From an uncultured Acidobacteriota bacterium (GTDB lineage Bacteria > Actinomycetota > Acidimicrobiia > Spongiisociales > ZC4RG35), in assembly GCA_963828465.1 (NCBI GenBank), contig CAWHEU010000022.1:352001-416000 (forward strand): a stretch of DNA of 64,000 bases, given 5' to 3'. Numbering within the stretch: the stretch's first letter is position 1; each line of letters opens with the position of its first letter. A program made the position numbers and the translations under genes. The notes beneath the pieces were generated by a model. It saw only the letters and a list, made by a program, of their open reading frames with translations, did no database searches and was not told the DNA's origin. Shown here piece after piece: positions 28,716 to 38,890 of the stretch.

Positions 28716-29971
28716 GCAAAGAACCCACACGCACGACGACGGTCGTTATCGGCGCTGGTCACGCCGGGCTCGCCGTCAGCCATTTCCTCAGCCAGCGCTC
28801 GATCGACCATGTCGTCATCGAGCGCGGCGAGGTGGCCAACACCTGGCGCACTGAGCGCTGGGATTCTCTTCGTCTGCTCACGCCCAATTGGCAGAGCCGC
28901 CTGCCGGGGCTCGGGTATGACGGCGACGATCCGGACGGCTACATGACCATGCCCGAGGTGATCGGGTTCATCGACACCTATGCCAAGACCGTCGATGCCC
29001 CGATCAGGACCCACACCACCGTCAAGTCCTTGCGGCCCAATCACGATGGGTACGAAGTGGTGACCGACGACGGGTCTTGGTCGAGCCCGACCGTGGTGAT
29101 GGCGACCGGCGGGTTCAATCTGGCCAACATGCCGGCCATTGCCGACGCCGTGCCCGGGTCTCTCGCGACGGTCACGCCACTTCAATACCGGGCGCCTGAT
29201 CAGCTGCCTGACGGCGGCGTATTGGTGGTCGGTGCCTCGGCGACCGGCATCCAGATCGCCGAGGAGGTGCACGCCTCGGGCCGGCCGGTGACCCTGTCGG
29301 TGGGTGAGCATGTCCGATTGCCCCGGGTGTACCGGGGCAAGGACATCATGTGGTGGCTGGATAGGACCGGAGTGCTCGACGAGCGGTGGGATGAGGTCGA
29401 CGATCTGGTCCGTGCCCGCAACATCCCATCGCCGCAGCTGGTGGGCACGCCCGAGCGCAGGACCCTGGACCTCAACGCCTTGACCGACCAGGGTGTCCGG
29501 TTGGTCGGTCGTGTGGCCGGGATCGTCGATGGAAAGGCCCAGTTGTCGGGCTCGCTGCGCAACCTGTGCAATCTCGCCGATCTCAAGATGGACCGCCTGC
29601 TCGGCACCATCGACGAATGGGTTCATGAGAACGGGTTGGAGGGCGAGGTCGAGGCGTCACATCGATTTGCCCCGACCCGCGTCGAGGAATCACCGCCCCT
29701 GAGCCTCGACCTCGCCGATGGCGGGATCTCGACGATCATCTGGGCGACCGGTTTCCGACCCGACTATTCGTGGCTCCACGCCCGGGTCCTGGACCGTAAG
29801 GGTCGTTTGAGACATGAGGCAGGAGTTGTCACTGAGGCGCCGGGTCTCTATCGAATCGGGTTGAACATGTTGCGGAGGCGCAAGTCGAGCTTCATACATG
29901 GAGCGGGAGACGATGCCCGTGACCTCACCGACCATCTTGCTGCCTACGTCGGGGTGGGCGCCGCGGTCTGA
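28712..29971 (+). CDS. FAD/NAD(P)-dependent oxidoreductase (flavin monooxygenase-like), probable CTG start
   Basis: VVIGAGHAG Rossmann motif upstream of the ORF-track start; WDSLRLLTPNW, GASATG, IIWATGF. Confidence 0.85.
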   Translation: MSKEPTRTTTVVIGAGHAGLAVSHFLSQRSIDHVVIERGEVANTWRTERWDSLRLLTPNWQSRLPGLGYDGDDPDGYMTMPEVIGFIDTYAKTVDAPIRTHTTVKSLRPNHDGYEVVTDDGSWSSPTVVMATGGFNLANMPAIADAVPGSLATVTPLQYRAPDQLPDGGVLVVGASATGIQIAEEVHASGRPVTLSVGEHVRLPRVYRGKDIMWWLDRTGVLDERWDEVDDLVRARNIPSPQLVGTPERRTLDLNALTDQGVRLVGRVAGIVDGKAQLSGSLRNLCNLADLKMDRLLGTIDEWVHENGLEGEVEASHRFAPTRVEESPPLSLDLADGGISTIIWATGFRPDYSWLHARVLDRKGRLRHEAGVVTEAPGLYRIGLNMLRRRKSSFIHGAGDDARDLTDHLAAYVGVGAAV

Positions 29972-30020
29972 ACTTCGATCGGCTACCCGGCAGCCGGCAG
30001 GCTGATACCTTGCCATCGAT

Positions 30021-31280
30021 TTGATGAACCAGGCCTTCGCATCGAGCAAACTTGCAGACTCCCGTCTCGCAAAGCCGCGTGCGAGGATCGCAGCCGTCGC
30101 TGGGCTCTTGGTACTGGCCGCCCTGGGAGCGCTGATACTCGTCAATGGGTTTCCCGACGATCCCCGATACTGGCGGACGTTCCTGCTGGGTTTGCTTCTG
30201 GCTGTTCTGGCATCTGTGCCGGCCGTCGTTCTCCTGAGGTATCTGGACCGGCGAGACCCCGAACCTTGGTCTACGGCAAGTATCGCTTATCTGTGGGGAG
30301 CGGTGGTGGCGACGGGGTTCGGGATCGTGCTTCGTGCTCGTTTGGTGGAATCCCTGTTCCTCGCCTTCGATGAAGCCGCGGGCCTCTTCCGACCCACGGA
30401 ATCGGGCGTGCGGATCCACGTAGATCTCTTCGAATGGCTGGATACGGCCGTCGCCGCGCCGATGATCGAGGAGACGCTCAAGGCACTTGCTCTTGTCTTG
30501 CTCGTCGTAGTCTTTCCTGGCTTGGTCAACGGAGTGCGCGATGGTCTCGTCTACGGCGCCCTGGTCGGGCTGGGATTCGCCGTCGTGGAGGCCGCCGTGT
30601 ACATCGGCTACTGGTACGCCAATGCCGGGTCATTTGCCTTCATCGGCGAACTGGTGCCACGTTTCGTCTTCTTCGGTGTCAACGGGCATCTCATCTACAC
30701 AGCCTTGTTCGGAGCGGGGTTGGGCATCGCCGTCTTGTCCGAGCGGGGATGGGTGGCGAAGACACTCACGATCATTGGAGGGCTCTTGTTAGCCATCTCA
30801 GCGCACGCCATGTTTAATGCTTTCGGCCCCGTGTCGTTGTTGATCACGGTCTCCATCTTTGGGCTTGACCCCGGGGTTGTGGACATCGGCGAGCTGTGGT
30901 GGCTGAGCGCTCTGGCGGTCCTGATGACGTATGCCTGGGCGTACGTGGTCCTCATCTATCTGACGGTGCGCAGTGGTTACTCGGAGCTTGACGTCATCAA
31001 GGCTCAACTCCCGAGGGAGGCACCTCCCGTGGTAACCATCGAGGAGCTCGAGTTGATCCAGACTGAGGGCTTGTGGCGGCTAAGGCGCGTGCCCGATCTA
31101 CCACGGCGAACGTCGATCTACTTGGTCAGAGCCCAGAACCGGTTGGCGTTCCGACGCAGCCTCATGGACCGAAACAGCCAGCCGATTGATTCCGACGAAG
31201 CGCTCGGTCGTCTGCGTGAGCTCATCCCCACGATCAGAGAGCGCTTTACCGGGGATCCTCGCACCGTTACTCCGGATTGA
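30021..31280 (+). CDS. PrsW-family intramembrane glutamic/metalloprotease
   Basis: APMIEETLK, GLGFAVVE, GHLIYT, HAMFN, multiple TMs. Confidence 0.9.
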   Translation: MMNQAFASSKLADSRLAKPRARIAAVAGLLVLAALGALILVNGFPDDPRYWRTFLLGLLLAVLASVPAVVLLRYLDRRDPEPWSTASIAYLWGAVVATGFGIVLRARLVESLFLAFDEAAGLFRPTESGVRIHVDLFEWLDTAVAAPMIEETLKALALVLLVVVFPGLVNGVRDGLVYGALVGLGFAVVEAAVYIGYWYANAGSFAFIGELVPRFVFFGVNGHLIYTALFGAGLGIAVLSERGWVAKTLTIIGGLLLAISAHAMFNAFGPVSLLITVSIFGLDPGVVDIGELWWLSALAVLMTYAWAYVVLIYLTVRSGYSELDVIKAQLPREAPPVVTIEELELIQTEGLWRLRRVPDLPRRTSIYLVRAQNRLAFRRSLMDRNSQPIDSDEALGRLRELIPTIRERFTGDPRTVTPD

Positions 31281-31367
31281 TCACGCCTGGCCGCCGCCGG
31301 AGTAGGGTCTTGCAGGGTGGTCAGGTATCCATGTTGGACCTGGATCATCTCAGAAGGATGGAGTGGG

Positions 31368-32268
31368 ATGAAACGGAGCGCTTCGGCATTGGTGCTGGTC
31401 ATGCTCGCGGCTCCTAAGCGCATGTGACGCCACGACCTCTCTGGAGGCCACACCGGGGGCGGTGAGGGCCGGTGTGTGTCCTCGACCCCATGATCAGGTG
31501 ACAGGACCATCGGCCGATCAGGCTTGGGGCAGCGTGACTCCGGTGGCCAAGGGCGTCGAGTACACCGTCAACGCCGGATTCACTGCCACCATCTGCGCCA
31601 AGGGCGGAGACGACTACACCATCGTGACCGGTGTCGTCGGCCCGGCATCTGGATATGTCGAGACACCGGAGAACGATGGCGGGAACATCCCCGATCTGTC
31701 GCATTGGTCGGTGACGGACGTCACCGGCAGTTCGTCGTCGTCTAGTTCGTCGTCGTCTAGTTCGTCGTCGTCTAGTTCTTCGTCGTCTAGTTCTTCGTCT
31801 AGTTCTTCGTCTAGTTCTTCGTCTAGTTCTTCGTCTAGTTCTTCGTCTAGTTCGTCCTCGTCGTCCACCTCAACACTTGGCGGTGGGCCCCCGATCACCG
31901 AGGGCGGAGGGGGAGATCCCACGACCACTGCTGGCGAAGGTGGGGCCACCACCACGGTGGAGGTCGGCGCAGGTGGTCTGACCACGACGCCAGATGGCGA
32001 GGGTGAGGGTGGGGCTACGACAACCGTTGATGTCGGGGCCGGTGGTCTGACCACGACGCCAGATGGCGAGGGTGGGGCCGAGGGCGGGGGCACCCTGGAT
32101 CCAAGCCAAGAGACCAGCACCACGGGGGACGAAGTCGCAGGTGGCTCCGACGAAACCCTTCCCCGTACCGGCACCGGGCAGGTGTCGCTCAGTGGTCTGG
32201 CCGGGCTGTCGTTGGCGGCCGGAGCCATTCTCTTGCTGCTGCTCCGACGACGATCTCGAGAGGACTGA
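31368..32268 (+). CDS. Ser-rich secreted/lipoprotein with LPRTG anchor (frameshift near 31409)
   Basis: MKRSASALVLVML + LLSAC lipobox across the shift; CAKGG..PDLSH domain; 46-Ser tract; LPRTG + TM + RRR. Confidence 0.75.
31729..31866 (+). repeat. Poly-serine tandem repeat (15-mer TCTAGTTCGTCGTCG, then 12-mer TCTAGTTCTTCG)
   Basis: Directly visible; 46 consecutive Ser codons. Confidence 0.95.
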
Positions 32269-32277
32269 TCCGGCTAG

Positions 32278-32803
32278 TCAGCCCGCTAGGAGCTCCAGAT
32301 AGAGCTTCAGGTCCTTTCGCCCGAAGCACACGAAGAGGACCTTGTCGACCGCGCCGGGCTGTGGCGTGACCCAATCACTGACGGCGGCAACGGCCGTGTG
32401 GGCCGCCAGCGGCTTGGGAAACAGGTAGACACCGGTGGAGATGCTCGGGAAGGCGACGCTTTTTGCGTCCACGTCTCTGGCCAGGTCGAGGCTGCTTCGA
32501 TAGCACGAGGCCAACAACTCGACCGCCTCGTCCTCGGTGACGGTGCCCCAGATCGGGCCCACGGTGTGCACCACATGGCGGGCCGGCAGGTCGCCTGCGG
32601 TGGTGATCACTGCCTGTCCGGTGGGCAGCTGACCCATGCTGGGCCACGATCTGCTTGCACTCGGCGAGGATGGTGGGCCCCCCGGCACGATGAATGGCGC
32701 CGTCGACCCCGCCGCCACCCATCAACGACGAGTTGGCCGCATTGACGATTACGTCGGCGTCGACAGTGGTGATATCGCCCTGGATGGCCTCGAGTCGGGT
32801 CAC
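32278..32803 (-). CDS. Macro domain O-acetyl-ADP-ribose deacetylase (frameshift near 32635)
   Basis: [34 protein letters not shown]. Confidence 0.9.
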
Positions 32804-32847
32804 GAACCGACTGTGGAGAGGGATCCTCCTCATTCAGGACGAGAAGC

Positions 32848-33351
32848 TCAGGCGACTGCGCTGGGTGTGTGGAGCCGGATCACTGAGCCGAGCAGGGCGG
32901 ATTCCTCGGTGCGGGAGAATGCCCGACGGCGCACGGCCTCGGCTACGGCGTCCCGGCGCGGGTTGGGACCGCGTCCGAAAGCGTGCAAGGCGGCCTCGGT
33001 GCTCATGACTGCGGCCCGGAATGGATCGGGGAGCACCGCATTCAAGGCGACCAGCCATACCGACCTGGTGACTCTCGAGGCGGCCTCGAGACCGGTCATG
33101 AGGGCTCGCTCGATCGAGGCCAGCTCGTTCTCTCGACCCGCCGCGACCAGAGTCAACGCCTGATGCAGGAGGCGCTGAATCAGTTCCCGGGCCGGCTCGG
33201 TGAGGTCGGGGAGGTGATAACGAAACACGATCGAAGCACAGTCGATGGCGTAGAGCCGGGCGTACGGCTCGTCCCAGTCTCCGAGGCGGTAGCGCTCGAC
33301 CTCGAGAAGTGCGGAAATGCTGTCGAGGCCGTCATACCGGCTCGACATCAT
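32848..33351 (-). CDS. Hypothetical helical protein (start uncertain)
   Basis: Open frame with coding-like codon use; ARLYAIDCA motif. Confidence 0.6.
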   Translation of the reverse strand: MMSSRYDGLDSISALLEVERYRLGDWDEPYARLYAIDCASIVFRYHLPDLTEPARELIQRLLHQALTLVAAGRENELASIERALMTGLEAASRVTRSVWLVALNAVLPDPFRAAVMSTEAALHAFGRGPNPRRDAVAEAVRRRAFSRTEESALLGSVIRLHTPSAVA

Positions 33352-33556
33352 CCCGCCCGCTTCCACGTGGTTTGGTGCCACCATCACCGTTGTCCTTGCC
33401 CTTTCCTGGAAACCCATTTGCCTGTCCTGTGGATAATCCACAATTTCCGACGATTTGGGCATGGGCCGCATGGCCCATTCTTTCCACAACCATCTGAACT
33501 AGTCCCCTGGACCCAGAGACATGCCGGGATTGCGGCGACCCTCGGCTAGATTGCCC

Positions 33557-33687
33557 CGCTTACCGCCGAACCTGGCATGTGCCGGGTGGGGGGAACCAAC
33601 CCCATCGGGGGCGAATCCCGGCATCGAGGGCCGGGTAGGGCGAACTTCCAGCCCGAGCCCGTCAGCTAACTCCCAAGGCGACAGAGG
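33557..33687 (+). promoter_or_regulatory. c-di-AMP (ydaO/yuaA) riboswitch
   Basis: CGCCGAAC..GGGGGAACCA..GGGGCGAATC..GGTAGGG..GCCCGAGCCCGTCAGCTAACTCC..GGCG; -10 TAGATT at 33547. Confidence 0.9.
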
Positions 33688-33707
33688 AAGAAAAAGAGGC
33701 ACCGACT

Positions 33708-35822
33708 TTGGAGACGTTCAGCGCCGCCTCCCACGGTGAGGTCTTGCAACTCGTGATACAGATCGCGGTGTTGCTCGCCGCCGCCCGCTTCCTCGGTGGG
33801 TTGGCACAGAGGATGGGTCAGCCGGCGGTGGTCGGCGAGATCCTGGCCGGAGTGATCTTGGGCCCATCGATCCTGTCCGGACTGGTGCCGTGGATCGGGG
33901 AGTGGATCCTGCCCCAGACGGAGGCCCAGGGTTACATGCTCGAGGTCGTGGCCTTGATCGGGGTCATGCTGTTACTGGTCATAACTGGTTTCGAGACCGA
34001 CTTGGCGCTCATCCGGCGTCGCTTTGGAGTAGCTCTCGGAGTCGCGGTGGGCGGTCTCGTAGTCCCCTTCGTCACGGGTTTGGCCCTGGGATTTGCACTG
34101 CCAGAGAGCCTTCTCGTCGACCCATCGGATCGAACGGTTTTCGCCCTCTTCGTGGCCACCGCCCTTTCCATCTCGGCGATCCCGGTGCTGGCCAAGATCC
34201 TGATGGACCTCGACCTCATGCGGCGGGAGTTCGGTCAAACGGTCCTCGCCGCCGGAATGATCGATGACATCACAGGCTGGACGATGCTGGGGGTGGTCAC
34301 CGCCCTGGCCAGCGCCGAGGCCATCACCGCCGGTTCGGTAGTGCTGACCTTCGCCATGGTGGCCATATTCATCCTGATGACGATGACAGTCGGGCGATTT
34401 GTCGTCGAGAGAGGACTGGGCCTGATTCAGGACCGATTCCGGGGTCGGGACGCCATCCTGACTTTGGTGGTCGTGCTCGCATTTGCCTGGGGTGCCTTCA
34501 GCCAGGCGCTCCGGCTCGAGCCGGTGATTGGAGCGTTTGCCATCGGCATCCTTTTCGGTCGTCTGCCGCGACTTCCCACGGACGTCGTCCACAAGCTGGA
34601 GAGCATGGCCTTAGCCGTCTTTGCTCCGATCTTCTTCGCGGTGGCGGGCCTCAAGGTGGACATCCGCGCCATCCTCCAGCCCGACCTCATCTTTGTTGCC
34701 GCGCTGGTGATCCTGATCGCCACCTTCGGCAAGGTCGCCGGCGCTTACGTGGGGGCCAGATATCTCTCGGGCCAGGACCACTGGTCTGCACTGGCCTATG
34801 GCGCCGGTCTCAACGCACGTGGGGCCGTCGAGATCATCATCGCCACCATCGGGCTCTCGCTGGGGATCCTGACGACCGAGATGTTCTCCATCATCGTGCT
34901 CATGGCTGTGGTGACGTCCATCGCGGCGCCCGCCGGACTTCGGTATTGCCTGGCGCGGGTCCAGCCTGGCGATGAGGAGGAGTTGAGATTGGCCCGTGAG
35001 GAGGTGCTGAAAGGCAGTTTCCTCGCCGGGTTGAAACGGGTCCTGGTGCCGGTCAGGCCTCGGATAGGTCAAGTGGGCACGCAGACGATCCAGGCGGTGC
35101 TGGTGGCCCGCCTCGGTGAGGCCAGCGACATCTCGACCACGCTTCTGGCCGTTGCCGGGGATCAGGACCGCGTTCTCGCCGGCGCCTATGTCAACTCGCT
35201 CCGCGCCGTCTTCAGGGATCGGGGGACCACGACACGGATCGTTTCCAGCCAGGATCCGGTGGAGGCGATCCTGCACGAGGCTGAAGCCGACTATGACCTG
35301 CTGGTCATCGGCACGCCCACGATGAGTGGCTCAGGCCAAGGAGTGTTCGGGCCGGTCATCGACGATCTCATCAAGCTCTCCCGCACCCCGACCCTGGTGG
35401 TGAGAGGAGAGAACGTCCCCGAAGACTGGGCTCCCAGCCGGATTCTGGTCCCGGCTAGTTCCAGCACGAGCTCCCGAAACGCTGCGGACCTCGCCTTCGC
35501 CATCGCCGGGGCGGACGCAGTGGTGACCGGGGTGCATGTGGTGACGCCGTCTCGGCTCTCGGGAATGCGGCCCAACGTCGCGCTCGACGTGACAGCCGAA
35601 TTCGAGATCCTCGCCACACGGATGGGCCAGCATGTCGAGACCGAGGTTCGCGAGGCGGATGACATCGAAACAGGGATCCTCGAAGCCTTGACTGAATTCG
35701 ATGCCGACCTGCTGGTCCTGGGCACCAATGTCCGTGCCGGCACCACGCACCTGCACCTCGGCCCGCGTGTCGAGTATCTGACCCGGCTGGCGCCCTGCCC
35801 TGTCGTGATCTTGAACAGCTAG
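33708..35822 (+). CDS. CPA2 (Kef-type) cation:proton antiporter with two USP-like domains
   Basis: GQPAVVGEILAGVILGPS, MIDDITGW, LNARGAVE; C-terminal DLLVIG/DLLVLG, APCPVVI. Confidence 0.9.
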   Translation: METFSAASHGEVLQLVIQIAVLLAAARFLGGLAQRMGQPAVVGEILAGVILGPSILSGLVPWIGEWILPQTEAQGYMLEVVALIGVMLLLVITGFETDLALIRRRFGVALGVAVGGLVVPFVTGLALGFALPESLLVDPSDRTVFALFVATALSISAIPVLAKILMDLDLMRREFGQTVLAAGMIDDITGWTMLGVVTALASAEAITAGSVVLTFAMVAIFILMTMTVGRFVVERGLGLIQDRFRGRDAILTLVVVLAFAWGAFSQALRLEPVIGAFAIGILFGRLPRLPTDVVHKLESMALAVFAPIFFAVAGLKVDIRAILQPDLIFVAALVILIATFGKVAGAYVGARYLSGQDHWSALAYGAGLNARGAVEIIIATIGLSLGILTTEMFSIIVLMAVVTSIAAPAGLRYCLARVQPGDEEELRLAREEVLKGSFLAGLKRVLVPVRPRIGQVGTQTIQAVLVARLGEASDISTTLLAVAGDQDRVLAGAYVNSLRAVFRDRGTTTRIVSSQDPVEAILHEAEADYDLLVIGTPTMSGSGQGVFGPVIDDLIKLSRTPTLVVRGENVPEDWAPSRILVPASSSTSSRNAADLAFAIAGADAVVTGVHVVTPSRLSGMRPNVALDVTAEFEILATRMGQHVETEVREADDIETGILEALTEFDADLLVLGTNVRAGTTHLHLGPRVEYLTRLAPCPVVILNS

Positions 35823-35897
35823 GCGCAGCCCGTCATCGACGGTGGTCCCCAGCCAATTGGGACGCGCACGACCGCATGTGACATCTCTCTGTCCCGA

Positions 35898-36899
35898 TTA
35901 CGCAGGGCTGATCGCGAGGTCCCCGGCGCGAAGCCAGCAGGCAGCCTGGTGATGGGGGCCCTGGGGGGAATCCATCAACATGGGATCCTCGACATCGCAG
36001 AGGGATTGTCGGGCGATGGGACAACGAGGGTGGAAATGACATCCGCGGGGTGGGTTGAGTGGCGAAGGGATCTCGCCTTGCAGGATCCTGCGGTTCCGAG
36101 GCCGGTCGGGGTCAGCGATCGGGATCGCGGAGAGAAGAGCCTCGGTATAGGGGTGGAGCGGGTTTCGATACAGGGTGTCCCGATCGGTCAACTCCACGAC
36201 ACGGCCGAGGTACATGACCGCGACCCGATCCGAGATGTGCTCGACGACAGCGAGATTGTGGGCGACGAAGAGAAGGGTGAGGGCGAGCTCTTCCTGGAGC
36301 TCGGTGAGCAGATTGAGGACCTGGGCCTGCACCGAGACGTCCAGGGCAGAAACCGGCTCGTCCGCCACGACCAGGTCCGGTTTCAGGATGAGGGCGCGAG
36401 CGATGCCGATTCGCTGCCGTTGGCCACCGGAGAACTCGTGGGGGTAGCGGCTGGCATGGGACGCTCGGAGGCCGACGAGTTCCAGCATCTCTTTGACCCG
36501 CTCCTGCTGCTCATCCTTGGTTCCGATGCCATGGAGACGCAGGCCCTCGGCGATGGCCGGCCCGACCTGTGACCTGGGATCGAGCGAGCCATAAGGGTCC
36601 TGGAAGATGATCTGGACGCGTCGTCGGAAAGGCTTGAGGTCGTTGCCCGAGAGATGGGTGATGTCCTCACCGTCGAATTGGATCGTCCCGGACGTCGGCT
36701 CCATCAGCCGGGTCAGCATCCGGCCAAGGGTGGTCTTGCCACAGCCTGACTCGCCGACGAGGCCCAGAGTCTCCCCTTTGAAGATGTCGATAGAGACGCC
36801 GGCCACGGCCCGGACCGAGGCCACCTGACGTTGCAGGATGCCCCCACGGACGGGGAACTCCTTGACCAGGTCGCGGATCTCGACCAGCGTCTCAGTCAT
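35898..36899 (-). CDS. Peptide ABC transporter ATP-binding protein (DppF/OppF)
   Basis: [28 protein letters not shown]. Confidence 0.95.
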   Translation of the reverse strand: MTETLVEIRDLVKEFPVRGGILQRQVASVRAVAGVSIDIFKGETLGLVGESGCGKTTLGRMLTRLMEPTSGTIQFDGEDITHLSGNDLKPFRRRVQIIFQDPYGSLDPRSQVGPAIAEGLRLHGIGTKDEQQERVKEMLELVGLRASHASRYPHEFSGGQRQRIGIARALILKPDLVVADEPVSALDVSVQAQVLNLLTELQEELALTLLFVAHNLAVVEHISDRVAVMYLGRVVELTDRDTLYRNPLHPYTEALLSAIPIADPDRPRNRRILQGEIPSPLNPPRGCHFHPRCPIARQSLCDVEDPMLMDSPQGPHHQAACWLRAGDLAISPA

Positions 36900-37962
36900 C
36901 GGGGTCCTCGACCTTCTCCGGCCCGTAGTACAGCCAACAACGAACCTTGTGCCCCTCCTCTACTTCCCGCAGGTCGGGCTCGATCTCGGTACAGATCTGC
37001 AACGCATTCTCGACTCGCGGGATGCACCTCGGAGCGAAGCGGCAGCCCTTGGGGAGGTCGATCATCGAGGGCACTACCCCGGGGATCACATCGAGCTGGT
37101 CCCGGAGCGATCCCAGCACCGGGATGGATCCGATCAGCCCCTTGGTATATGGGTGCAGCGGGTTCCTGAAGATCGAGCGGACATCGGTCTCCTCGACGAT
37201 CTCGCCGGCGTACATGACCGATACCCGGTCGGCCATCTCGGCGACGATTCCGAGATCGTGGGTGATGAGGATGACTGAAGTGTTGGAAGTCTTCTGGAGG
37301 TCCCGGATGAGGTCGAGGATCTGGGCCTGGATGGTTACGTCCAGTGCAGTCGTCGGCTCGTCAGCGATCAACAACTCTGGCTCGCAGGCCAGGGCCATGG
37401 CGATCATGATCCGTTGCGCCATCCCTCCGGACAGCTCGTGCGGGTATGCCTCCGCCCGGCGCTTCGGATCGGGGATCCCGACCTTGGTCAGCATCTCGAT
37501 GACCTTCTCCTCCTCGACTTCGGCGCTCCAGTCACGGTGGAGCTCGAAGACCTCCTTGATCTGCGCACCCGCCCGGTAGACCGGGTTGAGAGCAGAGGTC
37601 GGTTGCTGGAAGATCATCGACATGTGCTCGCCGCGCAGGGCTCGGACCTCGTCGGCCTTCATCCTGGCGATGTCCTTGCCGCCGAAGAGGATCTCTCCGG
37701 CAACCACCTTCCCGGGGTGCGGGATCAGGCCCATGATCGAGAGCGAGGTCACCGACTTCCCGCATCCCGACTCTCCGACCAGGCCCAGGACCTCTCCGCG
37801 CTTGACATGGAAGTCGGCGCCGTCGACGGCTTTGACCACACCCTGCCTCGTGTCGAAATGGGTCTTGAGCCCTCGTACCTCGAGGAGAACTTCGCCTGCA
37901 GGCACCGGCAAGGGTGCGTCTGTATCTATGGCGCTCTCCGGGAGGGGTCGGGCCGCACTCAC
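36892..37962 (-). CDS. Peptide ABC transporter ATP-binding protein (DppD/OppD)
   Basis: [32 protein letters not shown]. Confidence 0.95.
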   Translation of the reverse strand: MSAARPLPESAIDTDAPLPVPAGEVLLEVRGLKTHFDTRQGVVKAVDGADFHVKRGEVLGLVGESGCGKSVTSLSIMGLIPHPGKVVAGEILFGGKDIARMKADEVRALRGEHMSMIFQQPTSALNPVYRAGAQIKEVFELHRDWSAEVEEEKVIEMLTKVGIPDPKRRAEAYPHELSGGMAQRIMIAMALACEPELLIADEPTTALDVTIQAQILDLIRDLQKTSNTSVILITHDLGIVAEMADRVSVMYAGEIVEETDVRSIFRNPLHPYTKGLIGSIPVLGSLRDQLDVIPGVVPSMIDLPKGCRFAPRCIPRVENALQICTEIEPDLREVEEGHKVRCWLYYGPEKVEDPDD

Positions 37963-38890
37963 TTGTTGAGAGTGGGATCGAGAGCATCGCGAAGGCCGTC
38001 ACCCATCAGGTTGAAGCCAAGGACAGTGATCATGATTGCGAGCCCGGGGAAGATCATGAGATGGGGGGCGGTGAAGATCCTGTCGCGTTCCTCGGCGAGC
38101 ATCGAGCCCCATTCGGGAGTCGGGGGGACGGCACCGAGCCCGAGGAACCCCAGGGCAGCTGCCTCCAGGATCACGGTGGCGATGCCCAGCGTGCCGAGGA
38201 CGACTAGCGGAGTCAGGGCATTGGGGACGACCCGGGTGACGAGAACCTTCCATCGGGATGCGCCCAGGGCCCGGGAGGCCGACACGTAGTCGACCTCCTT
38301 GATCGAGAGCACCGATGCCCTCATCACCCGTGCGTACTGGGGAATGGTGACGATGGCGATGGCGAGCAGCGTGTTGCGGAGGCCAGGACCGAGAACGAAG
38401 ACGATGGCGATGGCCAGGATCAGGGACGGGAAACCGAGCACCACGTCCATGATCCGCATCATCACGTTGTCGCTCCACCCTCCTGCATATCCGGCGATCG
38501 CACCGATCACGGTCCCGATGACGATCGTGATGAGGACGGTCGTGAAACCGAGGGGAAGGCTCACCCTGGCCGCATAGATGACCCTGCTGAAGAAGTCCCT
38601 GACATTTCCGTCCAGCCCGAATATGTGCTGGGTCCCCTCGCACCCGAAGGCGTTGATGCAAGGGGGCAACCACCTCTCCGCTCCGGGCTGCCCGATGAAG
38701 TTCTCGTAGGGGTCGTAGGGGGCGATGAGCGGGGCGAATAAGCGACCAGGATCATGAAGCAGACCAGGATCAACCCCACGATCCCGACCTTCCGCTGAAA
38801 GAAGCGCCGTAGGACAATCCGCCACATCGAGCCCGGCTGCTCGAGCAGAGCCTCAGGGTCGGGCACGGTGATATCGGGCCGTAGCGTCAT
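37959..38890 (-). CDS. Peptide ABC transporter permease (DppC/OppC; frameshift near 38740)
   Basis: RDFFSRVIY, ASRALGAS, LGFLGLG..PEWG. Confidence 0.9.

Noticed and set aside
31614-32228. Antisense acidic ORF (DEELDEEL repeats)
   Set aside because: Mirror of the poly-Ser tract; the + frame has signal and anchor motifs
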